From: Chrysomallon squamiferum
Lineage: Eukaryota; Animalia; Mollusca
Length of the DNA stretch: 64,000 nucleotides
Direction of reading: 5' to 3'
Assembly: GCA_012295275.1 (NCBI GenBank)
Contig: CM022679.1
Coordinates: forward strand, 5,828,001 to 5,892,000
The position numbers and the translations under genes are program-made. A model generated the notes under the pieces. It worked only from the letters and a program-made list of their open reading frames with translations, was not told where the DNA came from and did no database searches. Every line of letters starts with the position of its first letter. Positions within the stretch are counted from its first letter, which is position 1. Shown piece by piece: positions 12,761-26,818 of this stretch.

Positions 12761-12985
12761 TATTTATCTGTAACTATATGTTTGGGAAAATCTATTTAGT
12801 CTATGTGTGTACTTTTAATATATATCTTTTCTCTACATACATTTTGGCTTTAAGTTTATCTGTGTGTCTGTTTATACATGTGTCTAAGGTATTTTCACAT
12901 ATATATATACATGTAATTGCATTCTTGGTTATGTACTGTTTATTGTACACAAATTAAATCACAACATACACAACTCAATTTATTC

Positions 12986-13041
<56 letters not shown>

Positions 13042-14250
13042 ATTTGTTCATTTATTTTTTTATTTATTCATGTTCTTTATTATTTATTTTTTTCAAGGTT
13101 TCACAATATATTATTAATTCCATACCAAATAACTGTTGACATATTGAAATTATTAATACCTATATATATATATATATATAAAAATATAATAATAAAAACT
13201 AAAATGAAAAAAATAAAGTCTATGAATGTTAAATATAAATACAAATAATAAATTTCATACACGTATTGACATTTTTATTATACACATATATGTGTGTAAT
13301 CTATGTAAATCAGTAAAACAAGGTACTGATAAAAATCTCTTTGAAAGCAATACAGAGCACACTGTTACATGGAGAAGTCATGTATGTTATGTAGAGGGAT
13401 TTTATAACACTTTTTATATTAAAAAGTATCACATGTATGTAACAACTGGCTGTCACATAGCTGTTTTAGGTTTCAGTTTTAATATGATGTTTATAACCAT
13501 GTGGTATTTTTAAAATTTGTATGTATGTATTTTATTCTGGAACATGTTTAATTATTTATTTATATTTTTTGACTGTTTATATATATATTTTTTTTTTTTT
13601 CAGAATTCTCATTGTATTTTATTCTAAATATATTTAAATATTTATTTTAATTTTTGTTTATAACAATAATATCCATTTTTAAAATTGATAATATATTTTA
13701 TTCATTATTAGAAGGTGTTTCAAAATTTCATGAAGTATATATAATTTGTTTGCTTTGTTTTGTCTTTTTAATAATCTGTTGGGTTTTTCTATTCCTAATC
13801 TCTTTCAGTGTTTCAAAATATGATCCACTTGTTTTGTTTTACGTCTGTGTAATCATTTCAGTATGTTAATTGTTGTTACATTATTATGGAATTTATTACA
13901 TATTGTGAAAGATGAAAATGATAAATATTAACAAAAAGAAAATAATAAGCAAATAAATAAATAAATAATTAGGTAAAAAAAATAAACAAACAAAAATAAA
14001 ATAAATTAAAAGGGAATAATTTAATACAAATATTATTCAATACATACATTATAATTATACAATACATAGTTTAGATGTTTATAATTCACGGTACTGATAG
14101 ACTAATGTATACACAGATACTGTTATCAGTTTTAGATTGCCAGTTTAATTACATTTTGTATTGTGATTTTCTAAGTAGTGTGTTTGTGTGTGTGTGTGTG
14201 TCCGTGTGTTTGTGTGTGTGTTTGTTTGTGTGTGTGTGTGTTCGTGTGTT

Positions 14251-14284
<34 letters not shown>

Positions 14285-15416
14285 CATGATTATAATGTAC
14301 AGTACAAATAGAATAATGGAATATATACAAAAAAATTCTCATCAGATAGTTTTTTACTGGGAATTAATACTGTTGAGTTAATATATTTGTAAACAAATGC
14401 ATTGTAGACGTGTACAACACATAATTCAGTAGTAACCACTCAGAGTACAGATAGAAAGATGTACTGTATACAAACACATTATTTTCAGATACCAGACAGT
14501 TGTAGATAATAAGTTAGATGGTTGTTTTTTTTGTGCTTTTTTAAAAAATCTTTGATATTCTAAATGTAGTAATATTATGCATTGTACACAACTACATAAT
14601 GAGACTAATGTATTGTATACAAACATATTGTAAGATATGTACAATATATGTTCAGGGTGGTAATGGCTTATTGTTATAGCATCTTCATCTTACAGTTATA
14701 AGATCTTTTGGTCTTAATTTTTAGTGTGTTATCTGAATTACAGGTAATTGCTTATTTACAAGCATGTGAAAAACTCTGGTATTTTTTACCTTTGGATTTC
14801 AAGGTAGACATAGAAAATGTGTTGATGATGTTTCCAAGTAATGTACTAGGGTCACAGAAAAATAAAGAATCTTGATCTGACGTAAAGGATATTGGCAATT
14901 TGGGGCAAAAAAGGAAAAGAAAACCTAACTAACAGCAAGAGCCAAAGTTTATGAACTTGGCTAGGGAGGTGAAGAGGATAATGGAGGGATGCAAATAAAA
15001 ACAAAGCGGAGATAAGACATCACAAATGTCAGGTACTGGCAGACTTGGTAACTGGAGCAGACAGAATGGTGCTTAAAAAGTAATTAGAAAAGTTTCACTA
15101 AATTGAAAATAAAAAAAAAAAAAAAAGAAGAATTACTTGAAAAACAAAACATGTTTTCTGCCGCAGCAGTTGGCTTCCGCTTCGCTAATTGGATCCATGC
15201 AGACAGCGTTGCATCAGCAGCTACATTACTGCACCAGATGTTCAGGGAAAACGTCTGCAAGACAAACCACCCTTTGTGCTTTAAGTACATGAAGTGTTGT
15301 AACTCTGTGAGTCCTTAGTCTTCCTGTCTGTCCAGTCTCAGAAAGGTGACAGGTTTTACACACAGGTGTTGAGGGGATCCACTGATCAGGAAATAAGGTG
15401 TTACCTTTTTCTGCTA

Positions 15417-16053
15417 CATCTAAATTACTCCCCACTGTCTTTACCCCCCACAGTCTAAATTACTCCCATCCCTCCGTCTTTACTGTCTAAATTACCCCCA
15501 CTGTCTAAATTACCCCCATTGTCTATATTACCCCTATTGTTTATATATGTCTATATTACCCCCTGGTCTATATCACCCCACCCCTAAATTCTGTCTATAT
15601 TACCCCCATGGTCTATATCACCCCTATTGTCTAAATTACACCACACTGTCTAAATTACCCCCACTGTCTATATTACCCCCATGGTCTATATCACCCCACT
15701 GTCTAAATTACCCCCACTGTCTATATTACCCCCACTGTCTATATAACCCCTATTGTCTATATAACCCCCACTGTCTATATAACCCCCACTGTTTATATTA
15801 CCCCCACTGTCTATATCGCCCCCTGTCTATATCACCCGCACTGTCTGAATTACCCCCATAGCTTAATTTCCCTCCAGTGTCTAGATTACCCCACCATCAG
15901 AATTATTCTCATTGTCTAAATTTCCCCAGCCATATAAATTACCTCGCTGTCTATATAACAACCACCATCTATATTACTTTCACCACCATTTAAGTTACCC
16001 CTAGTATCTAAAATACCCACCACTTAAATTAAGCCCATTGTCTAAATTACCCT
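15417..16053. repeat. 18-bp C-rich minisatellite (consensus CTGTCTA(T/A)ATTACCCCCA)
   Basis: Roughly 30 degenerate copies read directly; source of the spurious HCLYYP ORF. Confidence 0.9.
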
Positions 16054-16425
16054 GTCAGCATGCATTCTCACATCTTCTTATTGTTCTGGAAATCTTCTTC
16101 CATTGTCTATAAACAGAATTTTATTTCTTGATTTCAGAAAAAGTTGTTAATTACACAATTATTGTTTTCAGCTGGAGATATTGTGTGTGACTTTGTTTTA
16201 ATGGTGATGTTTTCTGGATGGGTTAGGATGTCTATGGATGTGCCCAGAATATAAATGAATAAATATTTGTTGTACACTTTGACATGGTTATTAATTTCAG
16301 GTCTGAGTAGTCAGGCTGTATCTGTGGGATAAGGTTAATGATTATAATTGTTTATTACAGAGAGAGGGAGAGGAAGAGGGTGAGAGAGCAAGAGAGAGAA
16401 AGAGAGAGATGTGTGTGTGTGTACA

Positions 16426-16493
<68 letters not shown>

Positions 16494-17087
16494 CATACAT
16501 ACAAACAGAAAGAGAGAGATATGTATGTGTACACACACACACTTCCAGTTGAAACTATTTAACTTGGGCATTTTCTTGTATCATTAATTACTAACATTGG
16601 AACTGCTAGCACCAGTAGATACAGCACCAGGTAACCTGTAACTTTAAATACTTTTCATCACATTGCTCACACACTGAGTAAACAACTCACAGTGTTTCAC
16701 GTCAGAGTGAGCAGTGTGTTTCATATCAGTGTGAACAGTGTGTTTCATGTGAGCGTAGGCAATGCTTGTTTTATTCCGATAAGTTCATTTTGAAGCTTCT
16801 GCATTGTTTTTGAAATCAAATCTCAGAGACGTTGTTGTCTTTTCTCATGGGTATGACATCAGCATTGACGTCAGAGATGTCTGACATTGTCAGAACTGGC
16901 TCAGTCTGATAGTATCAGAAGTCTAAAGCTGTTTGAATTTGGTTTTTTTTATATTTTGTTTTTACCAGAGTGTGCGTAGATTAGCAAAAGTTACGAGTAT
17001 GAACAAGATACAAGTTTTCTGATAAATGGCTAAATTAAAAGGAAAACTATGTTGTAATTAACTTTATCAGTGTAACTTTATAGCATG

Positions 17088-17150
17088 GCTGGCTTTTTCA
17101 CATTCCAACCAGTGCTTCATGACAAACAATATGAAAGACATGTTATGTAT
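17088..17150 (+). mobile_element. Decayed SINE core fragment
   Basis: ggctttttcacattccaaccagtgcttcatgac resembles the copy at 33681 and a molluscan SINE core as recalled. Confidence 0.3.
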
Positions 17151-17230
17151 TTGTGTTAAAAGGATTTCACATTTTACTTGTTGTTTATTAGTTAAGTATT
17201 CTTGTTACAGAGGTTTACATTTAAGATGCA

Positions 17231-17377
17231 TCTGTTACAAACATTTACTTGTTACAAGTGTTAATTTGTTACAGATGTTTACTTGTTACAAGTGTTAATT
17301 TGTTACAGATGTTTACTTGTTACAAGTGTTAATTTGTTATAGATGTTTACTTCTTACAAGTGTTAGTTTGTTACAGA

Positions 17378-17379
<2 letters not shown>
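17231..17379. repeat. 34-bp minisatellite (2 x 17-bp subunits) ACTTGTTACAAGTGTTAATTTGTTACAGATGTTT
   Basis: About 4 tandem copies. Confidence 0.85.
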
Positions 17380-17471
<92 letters not shown>

Positions 17472-17591
17472 AACAGCTGTTTCAGAAAGGTGAAGAATGT
17501 TCAAATTTACCTTGTTCCACATTTGGTTTGTCTTACAAAATGTTGTCAGAGATGACAAATTCTTGGCAGAATGGATGAAAATCAATATCCA

Positions 17592-17623
<32 letters not shown>

Positions 17624-19164
17624 CACAAGAGCTGAATATTCATTCCAGATGATTTTTCTCATTTAGAATTTTTTTTTCTTCTTCTTCTTCTGTACTACAA
17701 AATAATCACTTTGTTCCATTAGATTCTATTCTGAGCTGGGTCAAACATCAGAATGATTATTTTTTTTTTCTGTTTCAGTTCCTTCTGTAGTGCATAATTC
17801 AGTGTTTATTATTAGTTACTGCTATGACCAGAACGTCAGCATCCCACTCAATTATCTCTCACGCTGACATCAGCATCGCCATTGTCATCACTGCTGACAG
17901 AGAGTTATTTTAAATGGTTTTACGTTTATGTTGAGAATTTTCATTTCGGACTCTCTTTGAATGTCTGTGTGTAATAATATTTATTTACGTTTTACTTAGA
18001 AATTGAAATAAAACACTTTTGGGAAAATAAAACTCAGAATGTGAGTTTTAATGTTGTTTAGCAGCCGAAGATAAAAGATGGTTTTATTTTGTTTGACAAT
18101 ATTGCTGGGATTCTTCAGTTAGTTTTCTATAATATCACTGTTGGTTGTGAAATGCTTTCTATTTTCTGACATGAACCTGCTACATATTCCCATTAACAGC
18201 TAAATATGTACTACATGAGTCTTTGTGTCAACAGAAAAGCATTTCTGTAACCATTGAGAGAGCACTGACTGGAACAGGAAATAGTTTAGTGATGCATATA
18301 ATAATATGTGAATGAAACACTATTTTTTACATAAAGTGTAAATAAATATTACTACTACATACAGACATACATACATACAGAGAGAGAAAGTGAGACAGAA
18401 ACAGAGAGTAAGAGAGAAGATCAGACAGATGGACTCAGAGAGAGAGACAGAAAAAAGTTAAAGTGTTGATCAAGTCTGACTAATCTGTATTTATGTTAGG
18501 CTTACAGCTAATTCTGTTACAGAAATATTAATCCTTCCTTAGCCTTTGCCTGCTGTGCTGATAGTTTAATGAGATTATTCCATTCTGTGAGAATGTTTTT
18601 CTCTAAACCTCAATGGAATCATGTTGTGTCCAATCCTTACTCAACCTGTTTGAGTGAAGGCCAGTGAGTAATGGGATCAGATTTTGATGCTGATGTTGAG
18701 GTATGCTATAATTAAGCTGACTGTTTAATGATTACTAATAAAATAAAACTGCATCTATTCGTATTCTTCTGTTTTGAATACTGTATCTGTTATGACACTT
18801 GTTACAGTGGAAAAACTGAGATTCACAAACTTCTTTCAACTGGGGTTCTGTTTATTTTGCCACCTATTTTTTAAAATGAACATCATCTTTTGTATTAGTC
18901 ATTTAAAAGCAGCATTTTTGTTGTTTGTGGGATTTTTTTAACAGTTTAAAAATCTGTAACAGGAAGGCTTGAATACACATATTTATTATACTTCTATGAT
19001 AAATTGTTCTGTTATAGACAGAAAAACATATAATTTTGTTTTGGTCATTTACTGGAGTAGGATAAATACCAGCTGGGAAATGAAGGGTACTTGATCCTGT
19101 TTAAACCCTTCAAGTCTCGTTAAGTTTTAAACCTTTATAAAGACATCAACCAAAACAAGTTTCA

Positions 19165-19775
19165 TTAATGGTCTTTAAAGGCCAGTGGCTGGTTAATGCA
19201 GGTCAGTTTATACACTGAATAATTAGAGAAAATAATGAGTTGGTTTCTAAACAGTAGTGGCTGGTTTATATAAGTCAGCTTGTATTGGATAATTCTGGAA
19301 AATAACGTTATGGTCTCTTGACAGAGATAGCTGGTTAATACAGGTCAGGTATAACAATAATGAAAAATAATGTTGTTGCCTCTTAACAGAAGGTTAAAAT
19401 AGCTTCCACCTCTGTTAAGAGAGCAAAACATTATTTTTCATTACTGTCTATTATAACTGACCTGTATTAACCAGGCACCTCTGTTAAGAGGCCAAAACAT
19501 TATTTTTCATTACTGTCTATTATAACTGACCTGTATTACTGTTTTATTAGTGTCTATTATAACTGATCTGTTATAATTGACCTGTTATTTTCCTGTATTA
19601 ACCAGGCACCTCTGTTAAAAGACCAAAACATTATTTTTCATTATTGTTATACCTGACCTGTATTAACTCAAGCTGTTTCTGAATACATACTGGTTTATAT
19701 TGGATAACTGTAACACAGGTGGTTTGTTAATACAGGTCAGTTTGTATTAGTCTGTTAGAAAAGGTTTCAGTGTAC
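19165..19775. repeat. About 70-bp tandem repeat with an internal inversion (fold-back), probably MITE-derived
   Basis: Units containing GGTTAATACAGGTCAG flip orientation at about 19400. Perfect 41-bp inverted repeat 19334-19374 / 19627-19667. Right end AGGTTTCAGTGTA resembles a Tc1/pogo MITE terminus. Confidence 0.8.
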
Positions 19776-21057
19776 TGTTAGTGTTAATTGCAGGACAAAT
19801 TGAATTTTGGTAAAAGATTGGAAAGTCACACAGCAGTAATAAATTTAGTGCTGAAAGAATGAAATGTAACCTGAATTACTTCATTACAAACAAACACTTC
19901 TTTGATGTATTCAGTGATTAGATATAAACGGGATATGTTTTTTTTTTTTTTTTTTTTTTTTTTGCCTTTGGTGATTAACTGCAAATCCAACCTGTTTATT
20001 TGTAATTACATCATCACTTTATTTAAACAGCAAATTAACCTTTCATTGATCTTTCTATCTAACACTAGGAAATTGTATTACCCCAATAATCCTCCATTTT
20101 TTATTTTTACATTTTTTTTCCACCCAACCTGCAGTTGGTTCAAATATCAGTCATGAGATAAAATGCATGTATTAATATGGTTTAAGATGCAAATGTCAAA
20201 TGAAAAGTTCTTGTAATACTGTTTAAATATTTAACATTAGTAAAAGGCTTTTTAAAAAAGAACTTTTACATTATTTATATAGCATCAAATGTATTAATGT
20301 ACAAGACACATTAAGAATGGCATATATATCCGTGTTAATGGGTCTCATATATTAATACATATAATGGTTAATAAATAATGAGTGTGTGTGTGTGTATCAA
20401 CTATTAGACATTTCCAACCCATCATTATCATTATCATCAAGATGCGTATTTGGTAATGACTCGTACACTTAGAGAAGGTGTTAAATACAACTTGTATCAC
20501 ATTGTTGGAAATAACTTCAGTATTAAACAAATGTAGAAGTTAATAATTCCACAACCCATTAATGTTTTATTACCTGTTTTATGAAGGAGCAGAGAGGCAG
20601 CGTTTTTTAAATCTTTTCCACGTATACATTACATAGTCTATAAATGTCTGTCAGTGACGCAAAACTGCAGACAAAATGTGTCCTCTGGGTATACCAAATA
20701 GTCTACACAGACCTTTCCTTTCAAGGTTGAAAGTGACTTCCAAATTAGATTTTGTGTGGAAGATTGTAATAAATCAGAAAATTTCTTTGTAGTTAAATTG
20801 ACCATGTGTGTTTTCTAGAATTTACCAGAATTTGTATTCTGATTTTTTTAATTCAGATATATTACTAGAAAAAAAAGATCAAATAAAAAAAAAAATAATA
20901 ATAATAATAATAATAACAAATATAATAAATAATAACAATAAAAAAATCATTTTAAGGAAAAATTTAAATAATAAAAATAGAAATTATAATAATAATGATA
21001 ATTCTGTTATCTAATTGTTACTTTCTCAAGAAATGTATTCCTTTATAATAATAATAG

Positions 21058-21090
<33 letters not shown>

Positions 21091-22553
21091 AAAGAGCAAC
21101 AAGAACAGCATCAATAATAACAATTATGATAATATCTTAATTCTAAACTGTTTGTTTTCTAAAACTTAGTATGCATATTTAAAAAATAATCAGTTTCAAA
21201 TTAAATAGTAATAAAAAATAAATAATTTAAAAAAATAGTAATAAAAACAAAAAACATAAAAGGCAAAAACAAAGGAACACCAGCCATAGAGTAACACACA
21301 CACACACAACTATATACATATATATGATTTTTTCTTTTGTTTTATAAACAGACAAATGTGCATATGAGCATGTACAAGTGTCTGTGCATGCATGCATGCA
21401 TGTACCCATGTATGAAAACGTAGATAAAATACATAGTGTTGTTAATGCACTCTGTGATTGTTGAAGCCAGTAAGTGCAGAGAGAGATAAAAAGACATGTT
21501 ATTTATTTGGTGTGTAGAAATTATCATTACCTCATAGCAAACTTATAAACTGTGGCTTGAGATGTCTACAGAAATAGACTGGTGTGTTCCTGATAAATAC
21601 ACTTTTTCCATTAGATCTGATTGCTTGTGACTGTATGTGCTGTTGTTGTGTAATACTGTTATTAGTTTGTTGTTGTTGTGGTTGTGGTGGTTATTACTTT
21701 TAGAGTTATTGTTTTTGTTATTGTTATTTATATTTCTCAGTAAATTAATTTATTTATTTGTTAATTATTATTATTACAATTATTATTTTTATTTTTATTT
21801 TATTGTATTTTTTATTTATTAACTTTTCTCTAACCATGTTTCTCATTTTCTTCCAGTCTTTGTTCTTCTTTTAAAAAAATAAACAAGTAAAGGGATTTTT
21901 GTTATTGTTATGATTATGATTATGATTCACGATTCTTGTTTTTATTTATTTATTTATCATCATCAGTAGTTTGTAGTAAGTATTTTTGTTTTTTATTTCA
22001 TTATTATTACATGTATTTGTTAGTATCAGTACTGGTGTACATGTTTTTGTTGATATTCAAGACTGTTTTACCAAAAACTTGTATTTAAGAATGGATTTTA
22101 ACATTTTATCTTTAACAATATCTTGAAGCAAAATTTTAACCTGATTATTTCTAGATGCAGAAAGTAAATTAATCATATTATGATTAAATTTTATTTTAAT
22201 GGCTAGAATACAAAATAAAAAAACATAATAATAAAAATAAAAAAAAAAAAAAAAATCCCCACCCTGTAAACTCTCTTCCCTTCCCTTCCCAAATATAAAA
22301 AAGCAACACCATTTCCATCCTCCCCCACACAAAAGAAACTCCATACTTTTCATTTCTTCTTGTGAAAAAAAAAATTCTGGAATGATACTGGACATGATTT
22401 TTCACTTCTTGAAATATTCCCAGCACTTGATAAACACACACATTATTGTGAAGACAGGTCTGGAGAATTGCCAGTAATATTTACATGTTGATCTGTTATT
22501 AGCGGCAGAAAGTATTCTGTGACTGAGTCTGGTATTGCATCATCACCTTGTGA

Positions 22554-22620
<67 letters not shown>

Positions 22621-23221
22621 AATAATTTTTTTTTGACTCACACCACAGATAAGCATGTTATCAGTGAAAAAGTCAGTGTGGGGTTTTGGGTTTGTACAGC
22701 TGATAACCACTGGTTCACCTCAGTTCACTTGTAAATGTTGTGAAATGATCTCAGACCTTTGCATCTTTTGTTTATTTAAAAAATTAAAGTCATTTATTGT
22801 TATGGCAAAAATATTTTTAAATTATTTTTTATAACACTTTTTATTACTTTTTTAAAATTTCATTTTATTTTAATAGTTTCTATTTTAGATTTTTTTTATA
22901 TATTTTATATTTAATTTAAAAAACAAACAAAAAAAAACATGTTATGTATGTAGGTGCATGCTTGCTTGTGTGTGTATGTGTGTGTGTGTGAATGCAGTGA
23001 TGAAGGTCTCTATATATGCTAAAGTATTTATTTATTAATTCTTTAATATATTTATTTTTTGTATATATCTTTTCTAAAAGCATGTATGCAGTTTCAGTCA
23101 TATTATGGATGTATATATTATATAATACATTGAATGTGTGTATTTTATGTGAACATACATAATTATATATTTATATATGTATTTATAATTTACTTTTTCT
23201 TTTTTTTTTTTCTATTTTCAG

Positions 23222-23268
23222 AGTCTACTCCAGCTAGTTTGATTGGAGTAACTGCAACAACAGGTTAA
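23222..23268 (+). other. Start of candidate downstream (terminal) Kir exon; a long 3'UTR probably follows, end not determinable
   Basis: Long polypyrimidine tract + TTTTCAG ending at 23221, followed by about 2.4 kb of sequence poor in microsatellites. Other acceptors exist in the intron (e.g. 13603, 17778). Confidence 0.35.
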
Positions 23269-24591
23269 CAATCATGAAGCCAAAGTGGACTTGTTTTGTT
23301 TTTGCAAAGTACCAATCATATAATCATGTGTAGTAGCAAATAACCAGATTAATACTATAACACAACTTGATCATTTAAATCATCATCTCTGACTCAGGAT
23401 TCCTGAAGCCAAAACTTGCAACAGTTAAACAGATATCTTCTTCATGTGTTCTCTTTTTTGTTTGTTTTAATAACAACTGAATAGACAAATATATTTTTTC
23501 AAAGAATTTTCCAGAAGACCAAGTATACAGCTGCTTTTTTTTAATGAAAAGTTTAGATTCCTAAACTTATTTGAGATATATTATTTTATGAAGAAGTTCA
23601 CATTTCCAAGACAGCGATGTTTATGATAGACAACCTGTGTTCATTTGGAATGTTTTTAAATAACTGAATGGTCTTCAAGTTTTATATATTTTTTTTTTTC
23701 AAAAGAAATTCCTGAAACAGTGAAATATTTTCAAAAATCTCTGAAGTGGATCTGAACTGGGAAGATTTTCACCAATTGTTTATCAACCTGCAGAAACAGT
23801 CATGGTAGTTTCATCACATATTTTAAACAAGTGAAGGGTCAACAGTTTTATTATTAGTATTTTTTCAATTAATTTTATTAATTTTCTCATTTTGAAAGCT
23901 GCAACAAGGATTTCTTATCAGCTTTAGGATCTCTTAAAAGAAGATTTTCAATAATCCAAGATGGAAATATTGGTCTCTTTCAGCATTTTTTAAACTAACA
24001 AGTTTTCAAAGAATTTGTCAGAAGTATTATTAACCGTCTTAACTCCAAATCTTTTACATCAGTTTCTAAACAGGATTACAAGATAACAACAGTTCATTGA
24101 TCTCTTGATCATGTTTTATTTGATTTTTCTTTAACAAATTGAATAGCTTTCTAAATTTGGTTGTTGTTTTTTTGGTGGGTTTTTTCTTATTTCTTTTTTT
24201 AAAACAATTTTTCAGAATTGTTTCATGTATTTCTGAACATCAGTAAGTTTTTTCCATCAAATTTTTCATGTTTTCAATATGGCAAGTTAAATTTTGAATT
24301 TTAAAAAATCCCACAAGAAAGACCCAAAAATTAAAAATTTTAAAAAAAAATATTTTAAAGGGAGATATCAAATCATGCAGTCTTATACTGACAACAAAAT
24401 ATTCTTATTTTTAATATCAGAGATGGTAATACTTAGCATATTTAAAATAAATGTATTGTACACTAATACTGAATAAAAACATACATAAATCACTACCAAA
24501 AAAAATATAATAATAATAATATTAATAAAAAATATAAACAAATAAAAAAGAAAAGACATAAAACTGAACAGGTCAAACATTTCTTCTTAAA

Positions 24592-24628
<37 letters not shown>

Positions 24629-25778
24629 CTGCAATAATGGGAAATATTTTCTTTTTATTAATTTTTTAAACTAAGAACGAAATAATGAAACTTTACTCTA
24701 TCAGTGCTAATTTACCTTTATGGAACTGTTATGAAGTTACTCACAGACAACACAACAACAGATTTAATCTCAAATGAGAACTCAAAATCTTAGAAAATGA
24801 AATTTTACAGAAGTTACAAGCTTTCATAGGTGGACATTATAATAAAGGAATTTAACACAAGATGACATTTTGTACTTTACCAAAATTCACTTCAGAATCT
24901 GGAATTCATCTTAAGAAATGGAATTAAAAACTGGGCAATACCTACATTTCTTTTCTTTACTTGGATTCTACTGAAAACATCAATTCTATGGACAAAATGA
25001 ATTCTGAGGAATACAAAAATAGATTTTGTTTACTTTAAGAAAGAAGAATGGATTTCCAGGAAAAAAAATCAGTTGTTGAAACGTGTTTCTTCTTCTTCAT
25101 AGGATGAAATTTAATCAGAGAAACAGATTCTGAATCCCATATTGGTGCAGAAATGCTGAGTTAAGCTGAAATGGTTATTTTGATAATATATAATATAACA
25201 CAATTATATCATTCATTAGTTTTAAAAATATATATTTCTATGCAAAAAGCATGAAGTATTTAACAAGAATAATTATTATTAACTCTTTTTGTTTTGTGAA
25301 ATCTCATTTCTTTTTGGAAGTTATTTTATTCATGAACATTGCTAAATTTGTAGTTTTAAAAAGCATATTTTTCCTAAATGATTTTTATAAAAGGAATATA
25401 ATATTATTGTAGAATGTATATAACTGTATAGATATTTTAAAATATCTTGTTTTAAAGACAGTAAATTTTATTTTTGGTGCCAAAACATTATACATTTTTC
25501 ACAGAACTTCAACCAGTTTTGAAAAATGTAAGATTTCCACGAATTTAATTTGATAACTGAACTTTATCTTTTAAATTAAAAAGAAAATAGTAATAATTTT
25601 CTTCAAAATTAATACAGGCAATTTTTTAACTAGATTATTGCTAAGTTTATTAATAAACTGGGGCTAATGAAATATTAAACAATTATTGTTATAATTATTA
25701 AATTTTATTAATGATTACTGTTATTTATTTATATTTTTATTTATTATTATTATTAATGACTACTGTTATTTATTTATC

Positions 25779-25813
<35 letters not shown>

Positions 25814-26699
25814 TATTACTATTATTATTATTATTATTAATAATAATTACAGATATTTTTAAATTATTTATTTACTTATTTATTACTTATAAATTATTAT
25901 TATTTTTCACTATTGTTATTTTGTTACTACTAGTATTTCTACTGCTACTTGTACCACTACTACTACTACTATTACTATTACTACTATTAGTATGACTACT
26001 AAAACCATCATGGACTTAAACTGCAAGAACTGTGGGTAAAAAGCTGCAGAGGGCTGTGAACAAGAGGCAAAAACATTCATTTTGAGGAATTTTCTGAAAG
26101 CAACAACCCCAAAACAACAAATATAACTGACATATTTGTTTTACAGTACGAAGACTTAAAGACAGATGTTGTTTGAACAGAAATGAAGAGGATAATATTT
26201 TCAATAACTTTACAAAAGGAAAAAAAAAAAAAAAAAAATTGATTTTTCTTTTCTGTGATATCATCTTAGCCATGAAAGACAATTTGACAATGTCATTATA
26301 CAACAAGAAAAAAAAAAAAGTGCTAACTGTTGTCACCTTAGCAATTTGTGATATTTATTATTTCCTTTGTTTTACTGATGTTCACCACCCTGTAGACGAT
26401 GTTCCCTTTGTGCTGGGGTGTCATTTGTTTGAATGATTTCCAAGATGTGATGATTGTTGGATGATATTTGTTAATGTGTGAAGGAAATCATGGGCAGGCA
26501 ACCCACAAGATTCTTGTATCTTTGTTGTATATAGTGAAAACAAATTAATAGGTATATAGGTAATTGTAAAAAAAAAAAAATCAGGTATATATATATATAT
26601 ATATATATGTGAACCAATGTGGTTATTATCACTTTTGCAGAAATGGTGGGAAAAATAAAAGATATCAATTTATATATATGAAGTAGATACATAATAAAT

Positions 26700-26782
26700 A
26701 GTTAGATTTATTTACAAAACTAATGCCATAATGAAAACCTACTAATATTTACTAAGCAGAATTATAATAAGATATAAAAAAA

Positions 26783-26818
<36 letters not shown>

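Noticed and set aside
15547-15861. 104-aa (HCLYYP)n ORF
   Set aside because: Direct translation of the 18-bp minisatellite.
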